Virus record (IMG/VR): IMGVR_UViG_3300034101_004648
Location: 1-61,603 of that record
DNA length: 61,603 bases
Strand: one strand, 5' to 3'
DNA from: a virus
Lineage: Duplodnaviria > Caudoviricetes
The translations under genes were made by a program, and so were the position numbers. The notes under the pieces were generated by a model. That model saw nothing but the letters and a program-made list of their open reading frames with translations, had not been told where the DNA came from and made no database searches. Below are positions 1-8,567 of this stretch, piece after piece (position 1 is the first letter of the stretch; every line of letters begins with the position of its first letter).

Positions 1-1
1 C

Positions 2-181
2 CAGTCCGCTGCTTCTACCGTGGTCACAGAGGGCGGTAGCGTGCCAACTGCGGCAGAGAATGCGGCAGCAATGTTGGCGGCGGCGCAGGCCACGCCAATT
101 CACTCGGATGTTCAGCGCGTCAACGGCATCGAGATCACCGGGACAGGTGTTACCGGTGACAGCATGAGGCCCGTTCCATGA
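2..181 (+). CDS. C-terminal end (partial) of a virion/tail-fibre-like protein, possibly the end of the large ORF starting at 58618
   Basis: Open frame QSAASTVVTEGGSVPTAAENAAAM...DSMRPVP* ends in TGA overlapping the ATG at 178. Confidence 0.55.
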   Translation, partial: QSAASTVVTEGGSVPTAAENAAAMLAAAQATPIHSDVQRVNGIEITGTGVTGDSMRPVP

Positions 182-567
182 GTTTGTGGTCACGCGATTT
201 TTGGCAGCCGGGGTTCTGGGTTGTCGGCTTCTGGCAAGAGGTCGTCACCGACGCGACGGGAACGCAACCGGGCGACCCACCGAACAGCGGCGTACTGCTG
301 ACTGGCCCCTACAGTGGCGTTCTGCTGTCAAATGCAGCTTTCTCTGGACGCTTGCTGTCCGGCAACGTGCAGAGTGGCTCATTGTTGAGTAATGGTGTAA
401 GCGGGGCAACCCTGAGCGGTGTCAGGCGCGGGACACTTCTGCCAAGGGAAAAGTCATCAAGTTATCTTTTGACCGGCACGGTTCGTGGTGGTAAAATCGT
501 CGCACGAAAAACGTCCGGCACCCTTTCAGCCACAAAAACAAACGGCGCAATCGTGAGGTCACAATGA
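178..567 (+). CDS. hypothetical virion-associated protein with SGxLL-type repeats
   Basis: 129 aa, ATGA-coupled on both sides. Confidence 0.6.
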   Translation: MSLWSRDFWQPGFWVVGFWQEVVTDATGTQPGDPPNSGVLLTGPYSGVLLSNAAFSGRLLSGNVQSGSLLSNGVSGATLSGVRRGTLLPREKSSSYLLTGTVRGGKIVARKTSGTLSATKTNGAIVRSQ

Positions 568-896
568 AGATCGAAACATTCTTCATCAAGCGGGGTGACA
601 CGTCTCCCTCGATCCAGTTTGCGTTGCTTCCGGCAACGGTGGTGCTGACGGGGGCGACCGTGAGGTTCCAAATGCGGGCGCGGCGACCACGGGGCGGGGG
701 TGCCGTGATTGACGCAGCGGCTGCAGTGGTGACGGCAACCGGCACGCCAACAGTGGAATACAAGTGGCAGCCATCCAACACCATTAACGCTGGCTCGTAT
801 GAGGCTGAGTTCCGCGTCACCTATCCCAATGGCGATATTGGTACGTTTCCGAATGATGGGTTTATACCGATCCAGATTACAGAAGACATCCAATAA
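564..896 (+). CDS. BppU-like (baseplate upper protein N-terminal) Ig-fold protein
   Basis: IKRGDT...LTGATVRF...VEYKW...AGSYEAEFRVTYPNG..TFP signature. Confidence 0.7.
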   Translation: MKIETFFIKRGDTSPSIQFALLPATVVLTGATVRFQMRARRPRGGGAVIDAAAAVVTATGTPTVEYKWQPSNTINAGSYEAEFRVTYPNGDIGTFPNDGFIPIQITEDIQ

Positions 897-960
897 GCTA
901 GCCCCGCTCCTGGGTCACCGGATCAGCCGCCAACCTGATTTAGTGGCAGCGCTGCGGGAG

Positions 961-970
961 CGGGAAAACT
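961..970 (+). promoter_or_regulatory. late motif CGGGAAAACT
   Basis: 30 nt before ATG 991. Confidence 0.7.
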
Positions 971-990
971 GGGGTAGAGCGCGATACCCC

Positions 991-1257
991 ATGGACAGCG
1001 GCAACCAGCCCCCAGGCACCCCCGGCAAGGCACCTTTTTGGCGCGAGGTTGAGCAACAGGTGGCAGCGGGCCTAATCCTGCTGGCCGTGGCTGGCATCGG
1101 CTACATCGGCATCACCGTGCCGCGTCAGCTTGATCTGGTATTAGAGAACCAGAAAGCCATCCTCGACCGCCAGGTTGCTGCGGAGCTACGGCTTGAGAAA
1201 GTGGAGGGTGCGCTCAACGGCATTGATCGACGGGTGACGCGACTGGAGGCCCAGTGA
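991..1257 (+). CDS. small membrane protein with coiled-coil tail (holin/hemolysin-like)
   Basis: One TM helix (AGLILLAVAGIGYIGI) followed by heptads; ATG 30 nt after the late motif. Confidence 0.55.
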   Translation: MDSGNQPPGTPGKAPFWREVEQQVAAGLILLAVAGIGYIGITVPRQLDLVLENQKAILDRQVAAELRLEKVEGALNGIDRRVTRLEAQ

Positions 1258-1490
1258 ACTGCCGGGAGGTGATCATCAACACCGTGGCCCTGTGCCTCGG
1301 CCTTGCTGCTGCCGGGGGGTTTGGCGGGGCGATCTACTGCCAGTCGCAGGGTGGGGAGTGCGTGGAGGTCTGGAAGGCTGCTGGCACCGGGGCCCTGGCG
1401 GCGGCCACGACCGGCGGCACCCTGCTGGCGCAGCTGGATGGGCGGCGGCGGCGGGATCCCGAGGGGCCGCCGGAGCCCCCCGCAGGGTGA
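1254..1490 (+). CDS. small two-TM protein, putative holin
   Basis: Two hydrophobic segments; GTGA overlap with the upstream gene. Confidence 0.45.
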   Translation: MNCREVIINTVALCLGLAAAGGFGGAIYCQSQGGECVEVWKAAGTGALAAATTGGTLLAQLDGRRRRDPEGPPEPPAG

Positions 1491-1787
1491 TGAGGCGAGC
1501 GACTGAGCCTTGGCCACTGGCCTGCAATGGGCCAACGATGCACCACCGCCGAGAAACCCTGCGGTGACTAGGCTTGGAATACGACATTCGCGAGATTGAC
1601 GAGGATTTGTATCTTGCGGTTCTGGCCTGCCGTTTGGGGCAAAGTGCAGGCACTGAGGGCGATCTGGCCGGGTGCAGCGGTGCTGCCTTAGGTGACAGGA
1701 AGGGACAGGAAGGGACTGGCAGAGCGTAGGTTATGCACGGCCCGTGCGTCGGGTGCAGCTCTGCTTTTTCGCCGCGTCGTATTCCCC
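1491..1787. other. putative attP region
   Basis: Intergenic stretch directly upstream of the integrase; tandem GACAGGAAGG repeats near 1694-1716 could be arm-type sites. Confidence 0.35.
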
Positions 1788-2792
1788 ATGGCCTCGATCA
1801 ACACCCAACGTGGGCGGCTCTACCTGCTGGCCAGGCTGCCTAGGCGTGACGGGGCCCCAGGGCTGCAGCAGTCCCGCATCGCCCTGAAGCTGGACGACAC
1901 GCCGATCAACCGGCGCACCGCCTTGAAGCAGAAGCAGACCCTTGAGCGGCAGCTGGCCACCGGGACCTTTGAATGGGTTTACTGGCTAGACCAAGCCTCG
2001 ACGGCGATCACCTGGCGCGAGGCCATCGCCAAGCTCTACCGGGCTCGGGTGGTGCTGGGGCGCACGGGCGAGAGCACCTGGCAGGTGAACTACCTCGGGC
2101 GCCTGCGGCAGGTTCCACAGGGGGGCGCCTGCACGACCGCCAGCATGGCCAAGGCGCTGGAGCGCTACGACCGCAACACATGCTCCTATAAGGAGCTGTA
2201 CTACCTCCTGCGGCACCTGTCGCGGTTGGTGGCGGTGCCGTTCCCAGAGGTGCCACTGCCCACCTACAGCCAAGCGGAGCTGGTGGCGGTGCCGTCCGAT
2301 GCCGAGATCATCGAGTGGGTGGAGGGGGCCCCCGATCCGGTGCGCTGGTACTGGGGGATGATGGCGTGCTACGGCCTGCGGCCCCATGAGATCGAAGGGG
2401 CGGTGCTGATCGAGCAGGATTACTGCCAGGTGGCGGATGGGACTAAAACGGGTTTCAGAACAGTGGTGCCGCTGCCCCGCGAGTGGGTAGAGCGTTTCCG
2501 GTTGCGGGATCGGCGGTTGCGGCTTCGACTGGAGGGAAGTGCCGATCGCCCCGAGGCGGTGAGCAAATGGTTGAACAAAGAGCTGAGGCGGCAAGGGCTG
2601 CCGTGGCGCCCTTACTCCCTTCGCCACGCCTATGGCGGGAGGTTGTGGCGAGAGGGTGGTAGTCGGCTGGATATTTACACCGCTGCAAGGCTTATGGGCC
2701 ATAGCCCTTTGCAACATTCAAAGACTTACCGGGCGCATATTCAGCCTAGTCAGATAGCGGAAGCGGCGGAGAGAGCGCTAGGGGGTGGGTGA
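1788..2792 (+). CDS. int: tyrosine recombinase / phage integrase
   Basis: Catalytic motifs YGLRPHE, TKTG, YSLRH, LMGHS...HSKTY. Confidence 0.9.
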   Translation: MASINTQRGRLYLLARLPRRDGAPGLQQSRIALKLDDTPINRRTALKQKQTLERQLATGTFEWVYWLDQASTAITWREAIAKLYRARVVLGRTGESTWQVNYLGRLRQVPQGGACTTASMAKALERYDRNTCSYKELYYLLRHLSRLVAVPFPEVPLPTYSQAELVAVPSDAEIIEWVEGAPDPVRWYWGMMACYGLRPHEIEGAVLIEQDYCQVADGTKTGFRTVVPLPREWVERFRLRDRRLRLRLEGSADRPEAVSKWLNKELRRQGLPWRPYSLRHAYGGRLWREGGSRLDIYTAARLMGHSPLQHSKTYRAHIQPSQIAEAAERALGGG

Positions 2793-3023
2793 GACTGGAG
2801 GTTCCGGCAGCGGCTGCCAGTGAGTTGGCTCGTAATTGCGAGATTCAGTCTTCCCGTTCCATATGCGAAGCCAAATCTCCCAGTATGGCTTTGGTTTCTT
2901 GGCGTATTCGTCGTTATCGAACTTGCCGGGCGCCACTTTGATAGCAGGCCATGGCGCATTGGGTCGATACAGAATAATGATCTGATCTCTTGGCGCGGTT
3001 TCAATCGGTTGCCAGTAGCTCAT
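2778..3023 (-). CDS. DUF551-like phage protein
   Basis: WQPIETAPRD...PTHWQPLPEPP signature. Confidence 0.75.
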   Translation of the reverse strand: MSYWQPIETAPRDQIIILYRPNAPWPAIKVAPGKFDNDEYAKKPKPYWEIWLRIWNGKTESRNYEPTHWQPLPEPPVSPTP

Positions 3024-3220
3024 TGTTTTTCTTTAGTTGATGGTGTTTGCGGTTCTTGGGGAAGTTTAGCTTCAAGGGTTTCTATTAGCTTGTCTCGTCG
3101 ATTGCAAAATTGAGTACGGTTGCCGTAATACCAGCCATCGCGTACAGATTCACGCAAGTGAGCAAGAATCATTGCAATGTCTTGATATTGCAGATCTATA
3201 GAAGTGCTGCGCTTGCTCAT
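3020..3220 (-). CDS. hypothetical protein
   Basis: ATGA-coupled in the leftward operon. Confidence 0.55.
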   Translation of the reverse strand: MSKRSTSIDLQYQDIAMILAHLRESVRDGWYYGNRTQFCNRRDKLIETLEAKLPQEPQTPSTKEKQ

Positions 3221-3438
3221 GGCCCCGCTCCCGGCGCCACCGCCGCAACATTTACCCGCACCGTTCGCCTACTGCTACCCACGGGCGCCAGGTCGATCAG
3301 CTCCCTGCCCCAGCGCCAGCGGCTTTTGCGGTTGGCGTCGGCTTCGGCAACGAGGCGTTTGATGTGCCGATCGGAAACCCCGAGGGCTTCGGCAGCTTCC
3401 GCAACGGTGAGCAGCACGCGAGCGGCGGCCATCAGCAA
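3217..3438 (-). CDS. excisionase-like HTH protein
   Basis: LLTVAEAAEALGVSDRHIKRL motif; near the integrase. Confidence 0.7.
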   Translation of the reverse strand: MLMAAARVLLTVAEAAEALGVSDRHIKRLVAEADANRKSRWRWGRELIDLAPVGSSRRTVRVNVAAVAPGAGP

Positions 3439-3872
3439 CGAGCCTCCGGGTCACCCTGCAGCCGTGTAATCAGCCACTCGGGTAGCGGCGGCAGCGGGCC
3501 GGCCATGCCGTCGCGAGTGGCCCAGAGGTAGACGCCCCGCACCACTTCGGTGTCGTACCCAATAACATGCCAGCGCATCAAGCGACGCACGGCATCTTGG
3601 GCGGCGTCCCGCTCTGCCCGCAGCTGCTCGGCCTCTTGCCGCAGCTCCCGCACGCAATCGGGGCATCCCCAGGCGTTGTCCGGCTGCTGGCCGTGGGTGG
3701 GGCAGTGGCGGAGGCGCCGATCGCTGGCCACGTTTCTGGAACATGCGAGAAGCACCATGTCAACCAACCGGTCGTTGCTGCGCCGCAGCCGCTGATTTTT
3801 CGCCACAAGCCGCCGGATCGTGTGCCACGGGGCCAGCAGGCGGGCCAGGGTGCGGAGGGTGGGGTGGTTCAT
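3432..3872 (-). CDS. hypothetical protein with CPTH...CPDC zinc motif
   Basis: Coupled ORF with coiled-coil segments. Confidence 0.55.
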   Translation of the reverse strand: MNHPTLRTLARLLAPWHTIRRLVAKNQRLRRSNDRLVDMVLLACSRNVASDRRLRHCPTHGQQPDNAWGCPDCVRELRQEAEQLRAERDAAQDAVRRLMRWHVIGYDTEVVRGVYLWATRDGMAGPLPPLPEWLITRLQGDPEARC

Positions 3873-4111
3873 GTTTGTGGCCATTCAATGCTTGCAAATT
3901 GGTCTAATTCGTCTTCGCTAGGATCTCCTGCATCGTGCGGTATGCCTTCGATATTTGTTATAGTAGCCTGAATGCTATGCCTATTAGCCTTTGTAACTAT
4001 CAGGGTCCCTGCCTGTGAAAACAGTCTTAAGGATTGGGGCCACTTTTTAGCAAGGCGTCTCAAGGAGTTAATGGCCCTTGCTTCTTCAGTTGTCAGCGTG
4101 ACGATGTTCAT
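3869..4111 (-). CDS. hypothetical protein
   Basis: ATGA-coupled. Confidence 0.55.
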   Translation of the reverse strand: MNIVTLTTEEARAINSLRRLAKKWPQSLRLFSQAGTLIVTKANRHSIQATITNIEGIPHDAGDPSEDELDQFASIEWPQT

Positions 4112-4368
4112 GGCAGTTCGTCGGCAAAGTAGTCGCGGGATGTTTGAGCACGCACACGAAACTTGCGCTGGCTGCCAATGTCATCGACACGGCAGACCAC
4201 TACGGTTTCAGGTTTTTCCTCAAGCGTATATTCCCAGCCTTCACTTTCAGCACAATAGGCCCATTGCTGGGCTGCGTCTTGAGCGTCAACTGCCCGAAAC
4301 TTGCGGCCATCGTCGGGCCCCTCGTCTCCGCCATCGGGGTTCCAGACAATCCAAAGGGGTGAGGTCAT
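4108..4368 (-). CDS. hypothetical protein
   Basis: ATGA-coupled. Confidence 0.6.
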   Translation of the reverse strand: MTSPLWIVWNPDGGDEGPDDGRKFRAVDAQDAAQQWAYCAESEGWEYTLEEKPETVVVCRVDDIGSQRKFRVRAQTSRDYFADELP

Positions 4369-4760
4369 GGCTGCACCCCGGGAACATCAAAAAAGCCGAG
4401 CTGACCCTTGAAGGGAACAAACGGCAGCGGCCTTGGATCGCGCAAGACAAACCCATAAGGGCCTTGAAACCATGGGGAATCGGACTGGTAAACGCAATCA
4501 ACAAGATTCACGCTGCCAATAATGCCGCCGCGAGGCAAGCTGTCCGGCTCAAAGGAATCAAGCAAGTGTCCGATCCGGCAAGTACCATTGGCATCAGCAA
4601 AATCCATCGCATCCAAGTACTCCCTTCTTGTCATACTTTTAGCCGCATGAATCAGGATTGGACCACGCGTATGGGTGGGCCAACTACGGTTTTCAATGTC
4701 CTTGCCAGCCAGCAGGATCAAGCTGGCCCATGGCTGGCGGATGGATAGGGCGAGGGTCAT
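4365..4760 (-). CDS. ASCH domain protein
   Basis: ALSIRQPWASLILLAGKDIENRSW...GPILIHA...GGIIGSVNLVDC...KGQLGFF. Confidence 0.9.
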   Translation of the reverse strand: MTLALSIRQPWASLILLAGKDIENRSWPTHTRGPILIHAAKSMTRREYLDAMDFADANGTCRIGHLLDSFEPDSLPRGGIIGSVNLVDCVYQSDSPWFQGPYGFVLRDPRPLPFVPFKGQLGFFDVPGVQP

Positions 4761-5299
4761 GGCTGCACCTCGCGGTCTTTGGGCTCGACCCACTTCAGGC
4801 CGATTCGATCAAACAGCTCCCGCTCTGTGCGGCAGGGCACGACAGGGCCAAGGGATTGGATGCCCCCCGTGTTGAGCACGCGACGCAGCAGGCCGCCTTC
4901 CGACTTGAAGCCAGCCCTTACCCATGCGGTAGCTAGCCGCTTGTGCGACCATTCCGCTGAGCCTGTGCGGATCGCCAGCTGCAGGCCGTAGCCGTCGGGG
5001 TCTGGCATGAAGAGGTCCAGCTTCATCCCAGACGGGAGGATGCGTTGGGTGTAGCGGCAAGGCGGCTCACCTTTCACCTTTGGCCATTGATTGACGACCA
5101 AGGCCAGACCGCTGGCAAACAGCGGGGTTGCGTCATAAGGCAGCGGTAGGCAGATGATCTCGATGTCGCCGATATTGGGCCGCCGCCGCCGGACCGATCC
5201 GGCTATGTCTATCTGGCTGCAGTGTGGCGCTAATTGGGCCACGCAATCCTGGGCGATGGCGTTGGCTTCGTCCCAGGGGATTCGGGTGCCGGTGCTCAT
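4757..5299 (-). CDS. minimal family-X DNA polymerase / Pol-beta nucleotidyltransferase
   Basis: IAGSVRR...GDIEI, KLDLF and RTGS motifs; only 180 aa. Confidence 0.8.
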   Translation of the reverse strand: MSTGTRIPWDEANAIAQDCVAQLAPHCSQIDIAGSVRRRRPNIGDIEIICLPLPYDATPLFASGLALVVNQWPKVKGEPPCRYTQRILPSGMKLDLFMPDPDGYGLQLAIRTGSAEWSHKRLATAWVRAGFKSEGGLLRRVLNTGGIQSLGPVVPCRTERELFDRIGLKWVEPKDREVQP

Positions 5300-5748
5300 G
5301 CCTGCACCCCCTCAACCGAGGCAATCAGGTGCCCAACCGCCCAGGCGCGAACAGATAACCAGCGGCGACGGCGTGACTGTTCGTCGTTGCGCTCGCTGCC
5401 GTACTCGTTCTGAGAGACGACGGCATTAGCGAGGGTTTCGCTGATGTCGAACGGCTCGGCCAGCTCGCGCCAGTCCACGTCTTCATCAGTCGGATCAAAG
5501 CGCAGCGGCACAGCTTCCGGGCCTCGTTGAAGCCTGACGGCGCCAAGGGCGCACACACATCCGGTCTCAGGATCCTCCAGCGCCCCGGCTGCCAGCTCTG
5601 GCTCTGGCAGGGCATCCAGGCCGGCGACCAGATCGCGCAGCAGCTGCTGACCACGGCGGCCACGGATGGCGCTTCGTAGCGCTCCGGCCGCCTGGCCTTC
5701 CATCCACGGCTCCCAGTCGTAATCGTCGCAATCGGAATAGCGGCTCAT
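5296..5748 (-). CDS. conserved phage hypothetical protein
   Basis: 150 aa, coupled; RSAIRGRRGQQLLRDL...CALG. Confidence 0.65.
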   Translation of the reverse strand: MSRYSDCDDYDWEPWMEGQAAGALRSAIRGRRGQQLLRDLVAGLDALPEPELAAGALEDPETGCVCALGAVRLQRGPEAVPLRFDPTDEDVDWRELAEPFDISETLANAVVSQNEYGSERNDEQSRRRRWLSVRAWAVGHLIASVEGVQA

Positions 5749-6092
5749 GGCTGCCCACCCTCCCCCAGTGTCGCCAGGAAGTCGCGAACCACGTCCCGGC
5801 CCGCTGGTGTGCCTAGATCAGCCGCCCGAGCCTCAGCCAGTGTTGGCGGGGGCGGCGGGGGGCTGTGGAGGTTGTTGGCGATGGCAGAGAGCTTGCCAAT
5901 AATTGACCCATCGCTGAATGTGATAGCCGAAGAAACCCCCGCTTGACCTAGCGCTTCACGCAGAAAGGCGGCGAGGCAGCGGCGAAAGTCGCTAGGCGGA
6001 GGTAGGTCGTCGAGGCTTGTGAAAGTAAGAATTGCCGCATCAAATGCCGCACGTGCTTCTGGTATCTCTACCGGGAACTCAACGTGGCTCAC
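5745..6092 (-). CDS. hypothetical protein
   Basis: GTG start overlapping the stop of the RecE-like gene. Confidence 0.5.
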   Translation of the reverse strand: MSHVEFPVEIPEARAAFDAAILTFTSLDDLPPPSDFRRCLAAFLREALGQAGVSSAITFSDGSIIGKLSAIANNLHSPPPPPPTLAEARAADLGTPAGRDVVRDFLATLGEGGQP

Positions 6093-7240
6093 TCTGTCAC
6101 CCCCGCTAACCGCTCCATCTTTTGGTAGGCATAACCAGGTAGCTCCAGCGGCTGAGCGGCCGAGTCGTAGCCGGGCCACCAGCCTGAGGCTTCGGCCTGC
6201 ACAGCCCTCTCCAGCGCCCGGCGGGCCATGCGGCGGCCCAGCTCAGCCTGCTCATCACTGAGGATGTAGCGGCCGATGAACTCGGGCCGGGGGTGAGCCT
6301 TCTCCGCTGCAATGAACTCAAACTCGTAGCCATTGGGGGCCAGGATCAGCGCCCCTTCCGGCAACCCCAGCAGAACCTCGATCTCCGCCCGGCAGAACTG
6401 GGCGGCATCGCGATACCAGGCTGCCGAGAGGCAGTAGTTGTAACTAGCAGCAGCGCGGCCGAAGTGATCGGGGCCGGGGCCTGCATCCATGGCGCTCTTC
6501 AGATCGCCGATCCATAGGCGATCCCCGAGGAAGCGCACCGCGTCAAGCCTCGCCTTGCAGCGGGCACCGGTGAGCGGATCAACCCACGTGAGGGTCAGCT
6601 CATTGCCGGCGCGGTTTTTGGGGGTGTCAGCAAAGCGTGGGCCCAGGACCGGGTGATTAAGCACGGCGCCGGCCAAGGCATCGCCGAGCTGCAAATCCTT
6701 GTCGCCCACAATTTGAGCAGCCTTCCTGCCATCGCCTCGCTCGGCCGCCGCGACCTCAAGCGACTTCCACCAATTTTCTCGCTGCACCGCCTCCTGCCAT
6801 TCCTGGTAGGCCTTGGTTTCCTTGTTGACCGTGCCGTCCTTGCGGGGCCCAGGCCCCTCCAACTGCTTCGCCGTGGGTCGCTTCGGGGCATCCGGCGGCA
6901 GCACCAAATAGCGCTGATCGAACAGCTCGGGCTCCAGCAGGCGGCAGTGAAACAGGTTGCCGATCAGGAACTGGCCGGCGTCCTCCTCTTGCTCGCGATC
7001 GGGATTGATGAACTCGCTCCAGGCGTGGGCTTCGGTTTGGTCCGCGATCACCTTCAGCAGGCTGGCATTTATTCCAGGTAGCTGGTCGTAGGCCTCACGA
7101 GGCAGGCCGGAGAACACATGGGGGGCGCCGGTGAGCGTGAGCCCCCAGGCCACCTCCCAGGCGGCTTCAGGGCTCAGCAGGGCCTCCCCGATCGGGGCGG
7201 GGCTGGGGGTCTGGACAGGGGCAGAGATTGTGGCGGTCAT
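6089..7240 (-). CDS. RecE/exonuclease VIII-like PD-(D/E)XK nuclease (DUF3799-like)
   Basis: GNLFHCRLLEP, ELTLTWVD...CKARLD...IGDLKS, YCLSAAWY. Confidence 0.8.
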   Translation of the reverse strand: MTATISAPVQTPSPAPIGEALLSPEAAWEVAWGLTLTGAPHVFSGLPREAYDQLPGINASLLKVIADQTEAHAWSEFINPDREQEEDAGQFLIGNLFHCRLLEPELFDQRYLVLPPDAPKRPTAKQLEGPGPRKDGTVNKETKAYQEWQEAVQRENWWKSLEVAAAERGDGRKAAQIVGDKDLQLGDALAGAVLNHPVLGPRFADTPKNRAGNELTLTWVDPLTGARCKARLDAVRFLGDRLWIGDLKSAMDAGPGPDHFGRAAASYNYCLSAAWYRDAAQFCRAEIEVLLGLPEGALILAPNGYEFEFIAAEKAHPRPEFIGRYILSDEQAELGRRMARRALERAVQAEASGWWPGYDSAAQPLELPGYAYQKMERLAGVTE

Positions 7241-7364
7241 GGCAGCAGCATCAATGGGTTTCGTTCGTAGACGGTTGGGGCTTGTTCGTGCTCGTCGTCC
7301 GGCTCGTCGTAGAGGCGGCGCCGGGGCTCCGGGAGGTCGTCTTCGTCGTAGAGCAGTAGGTCGT

Positions 7365-7598
7365 TTATCCCAGCCCCCGTGCGGCCTCGGCGGCGGTCTC
7401 TAGCTGGCAGGTGATCTGCTGGGCCCTGGCCCCGGCGCCTGGCTGCAGCTGTTCCAGCACGGCGGAATCAAGGCTCAGCCGGCGCAGGTCAGCGGCCACG
7501 GCCTCGGCCTGGCCGCTGATCAGCTCCAGCTCATCGAGCAGGTCAAGCGCCATGGGGCGCGGTTGCGGCGGTGCCGCAGGAAAGGTGAAGGTCATCAA
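7365..7598 (-). CDS. hypothetical protein
   Basis: Helical ORF in the leftward operon. Confidence 0.5.
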   Translation of the reverse strand: MMTFTFPAAPPQPRPMALDLLDELELISGQAEAVAADLRRLSLDSAVLEQLQPGAGARAQQITCQLETAAEAARGLG

Positions 7599-7641
7599 AG
7601 GAGGATTCGCTGGTTGGCGCCCCTATCGGGACATGGATTGA

Positions 7642-8031
7642 TCATAGCAAAAGACGGCGCTCTAGTCGCTTGATTGTTTCAATAGCCGTAACAGCTCGCA
7701 CCGTCAGTTCATTAGCCCTATAGGGGTCGTAACGCTCCAGCGGCGTGGTGAGCTGGTAGCTCAGTGCCGCCAGCGCCATGTCCAGGGCGTCAGCGTCAGC
7801 CGAGGCGGACCCAGGGGGCACCGGCACCACCTCGGGAAAAAGGCAGAGATGCAGGTGCCCTCCGTCGTCCATCTCCCATGCGCCGGCCGTGATGGCGGGC
7901 AGTGGGCGGGTCGCCGCATCGGGGAAGCGATCCCCTAGGAGCACACCCGTGGGCTGGCCGTTGGCGCCGTGGTGGGGCCACTCGCTGAGCAGCCGTGCCA
8001 GGGCTGCAACGGTGATTGGGGGATGGGCCAT
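7642..8031 (-). CDS. hypothetical protein
   Basis: ORF in the leftward operon. Confidence 0.5.
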   Translation of the reverse strand: MAHPPITVAALARLLSEWPHHGANGQPTGVLLGDRFPDAATRPLPAITAGAWEMDDGGHLHLCLFPEVVPVPPGSASADADALDMALAALSYQLTTPLERYDPYRANELTVRAVTAIETIKRLERRLLL

Positions 8032-8164
8032 CACCGCAAAGCCTGGAGGATCACCTCGGGCACCAGCAACAGCTGGGCCTGAGGGTTGACTTGCCGCTGG
8101 CCGTGCCAGATGCAGGGCAGGGCGATGAAAGGGGCCAGGAGAAGCCCCAGGAAGCGGAGGCGGG

Positions 8165-8404
8165 TCATGCGGATGGCCTCGTGGTGGCCAACGTCCGCTC
8201 CCTAGCCTCTAGGCGCCGGTTGCGAGCGCGGAGGCGCTGCAGCTCCTGGAACATGGCGTGTCGCTCAAGCGCCCCAGCGCTTTGGCCTTCTATGAGGCCC
8301 TTGGCGCGAGCGGCGTAGATGGCGTGTTGGCTCGCCTTGTCGGCCATGAAATGGCCAAAAGCAGCGCCAACTCCTAAGCAGACAATGGCGGTTGCAGTGA
8401 TCAT
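8165..8404 (-). CDS. small membrane-anchored coiled-coil protein
   Basis: N-terminal hydrophobic helix. Confidence 0.5.
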   Translation of the reverse strand: MITATAIVCLGVGAAFGHFMADKASQHAIYAARAKGLIEGQSAGALERHAMFQELQRLRARNRRLEARERTLATTRPSA

Positions 8405-8567
8405 TAAATGGCCTCCTTGGTGGGTAAGATTTCACTATCCAGGTCACGACAGGCAAGCTGATAGCCGAACGCTGCCGCGAGCTTCATGGCGTTGGACGTG
8501 TCGCCCTTGGCTTGCCGGAGGATCTCCTCCTCCGGCACCGCGATTTCAGACGGGACGCAGGCGGGCA

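Noticed and set aside
1491-1787. tRNA or tRNA fragment at the att site
   Set aside because: No cloverleaf or T-loop consensus recognisable
7237-7368. Acidic mini-ORF (INDLLLYDEDDLPEP...) on the minus strand upstream of the RecE-like gene
   Set aside because: Begins with ATA where an ATGA overlap would be expected; it may have lost its start, and expression cannot be supported
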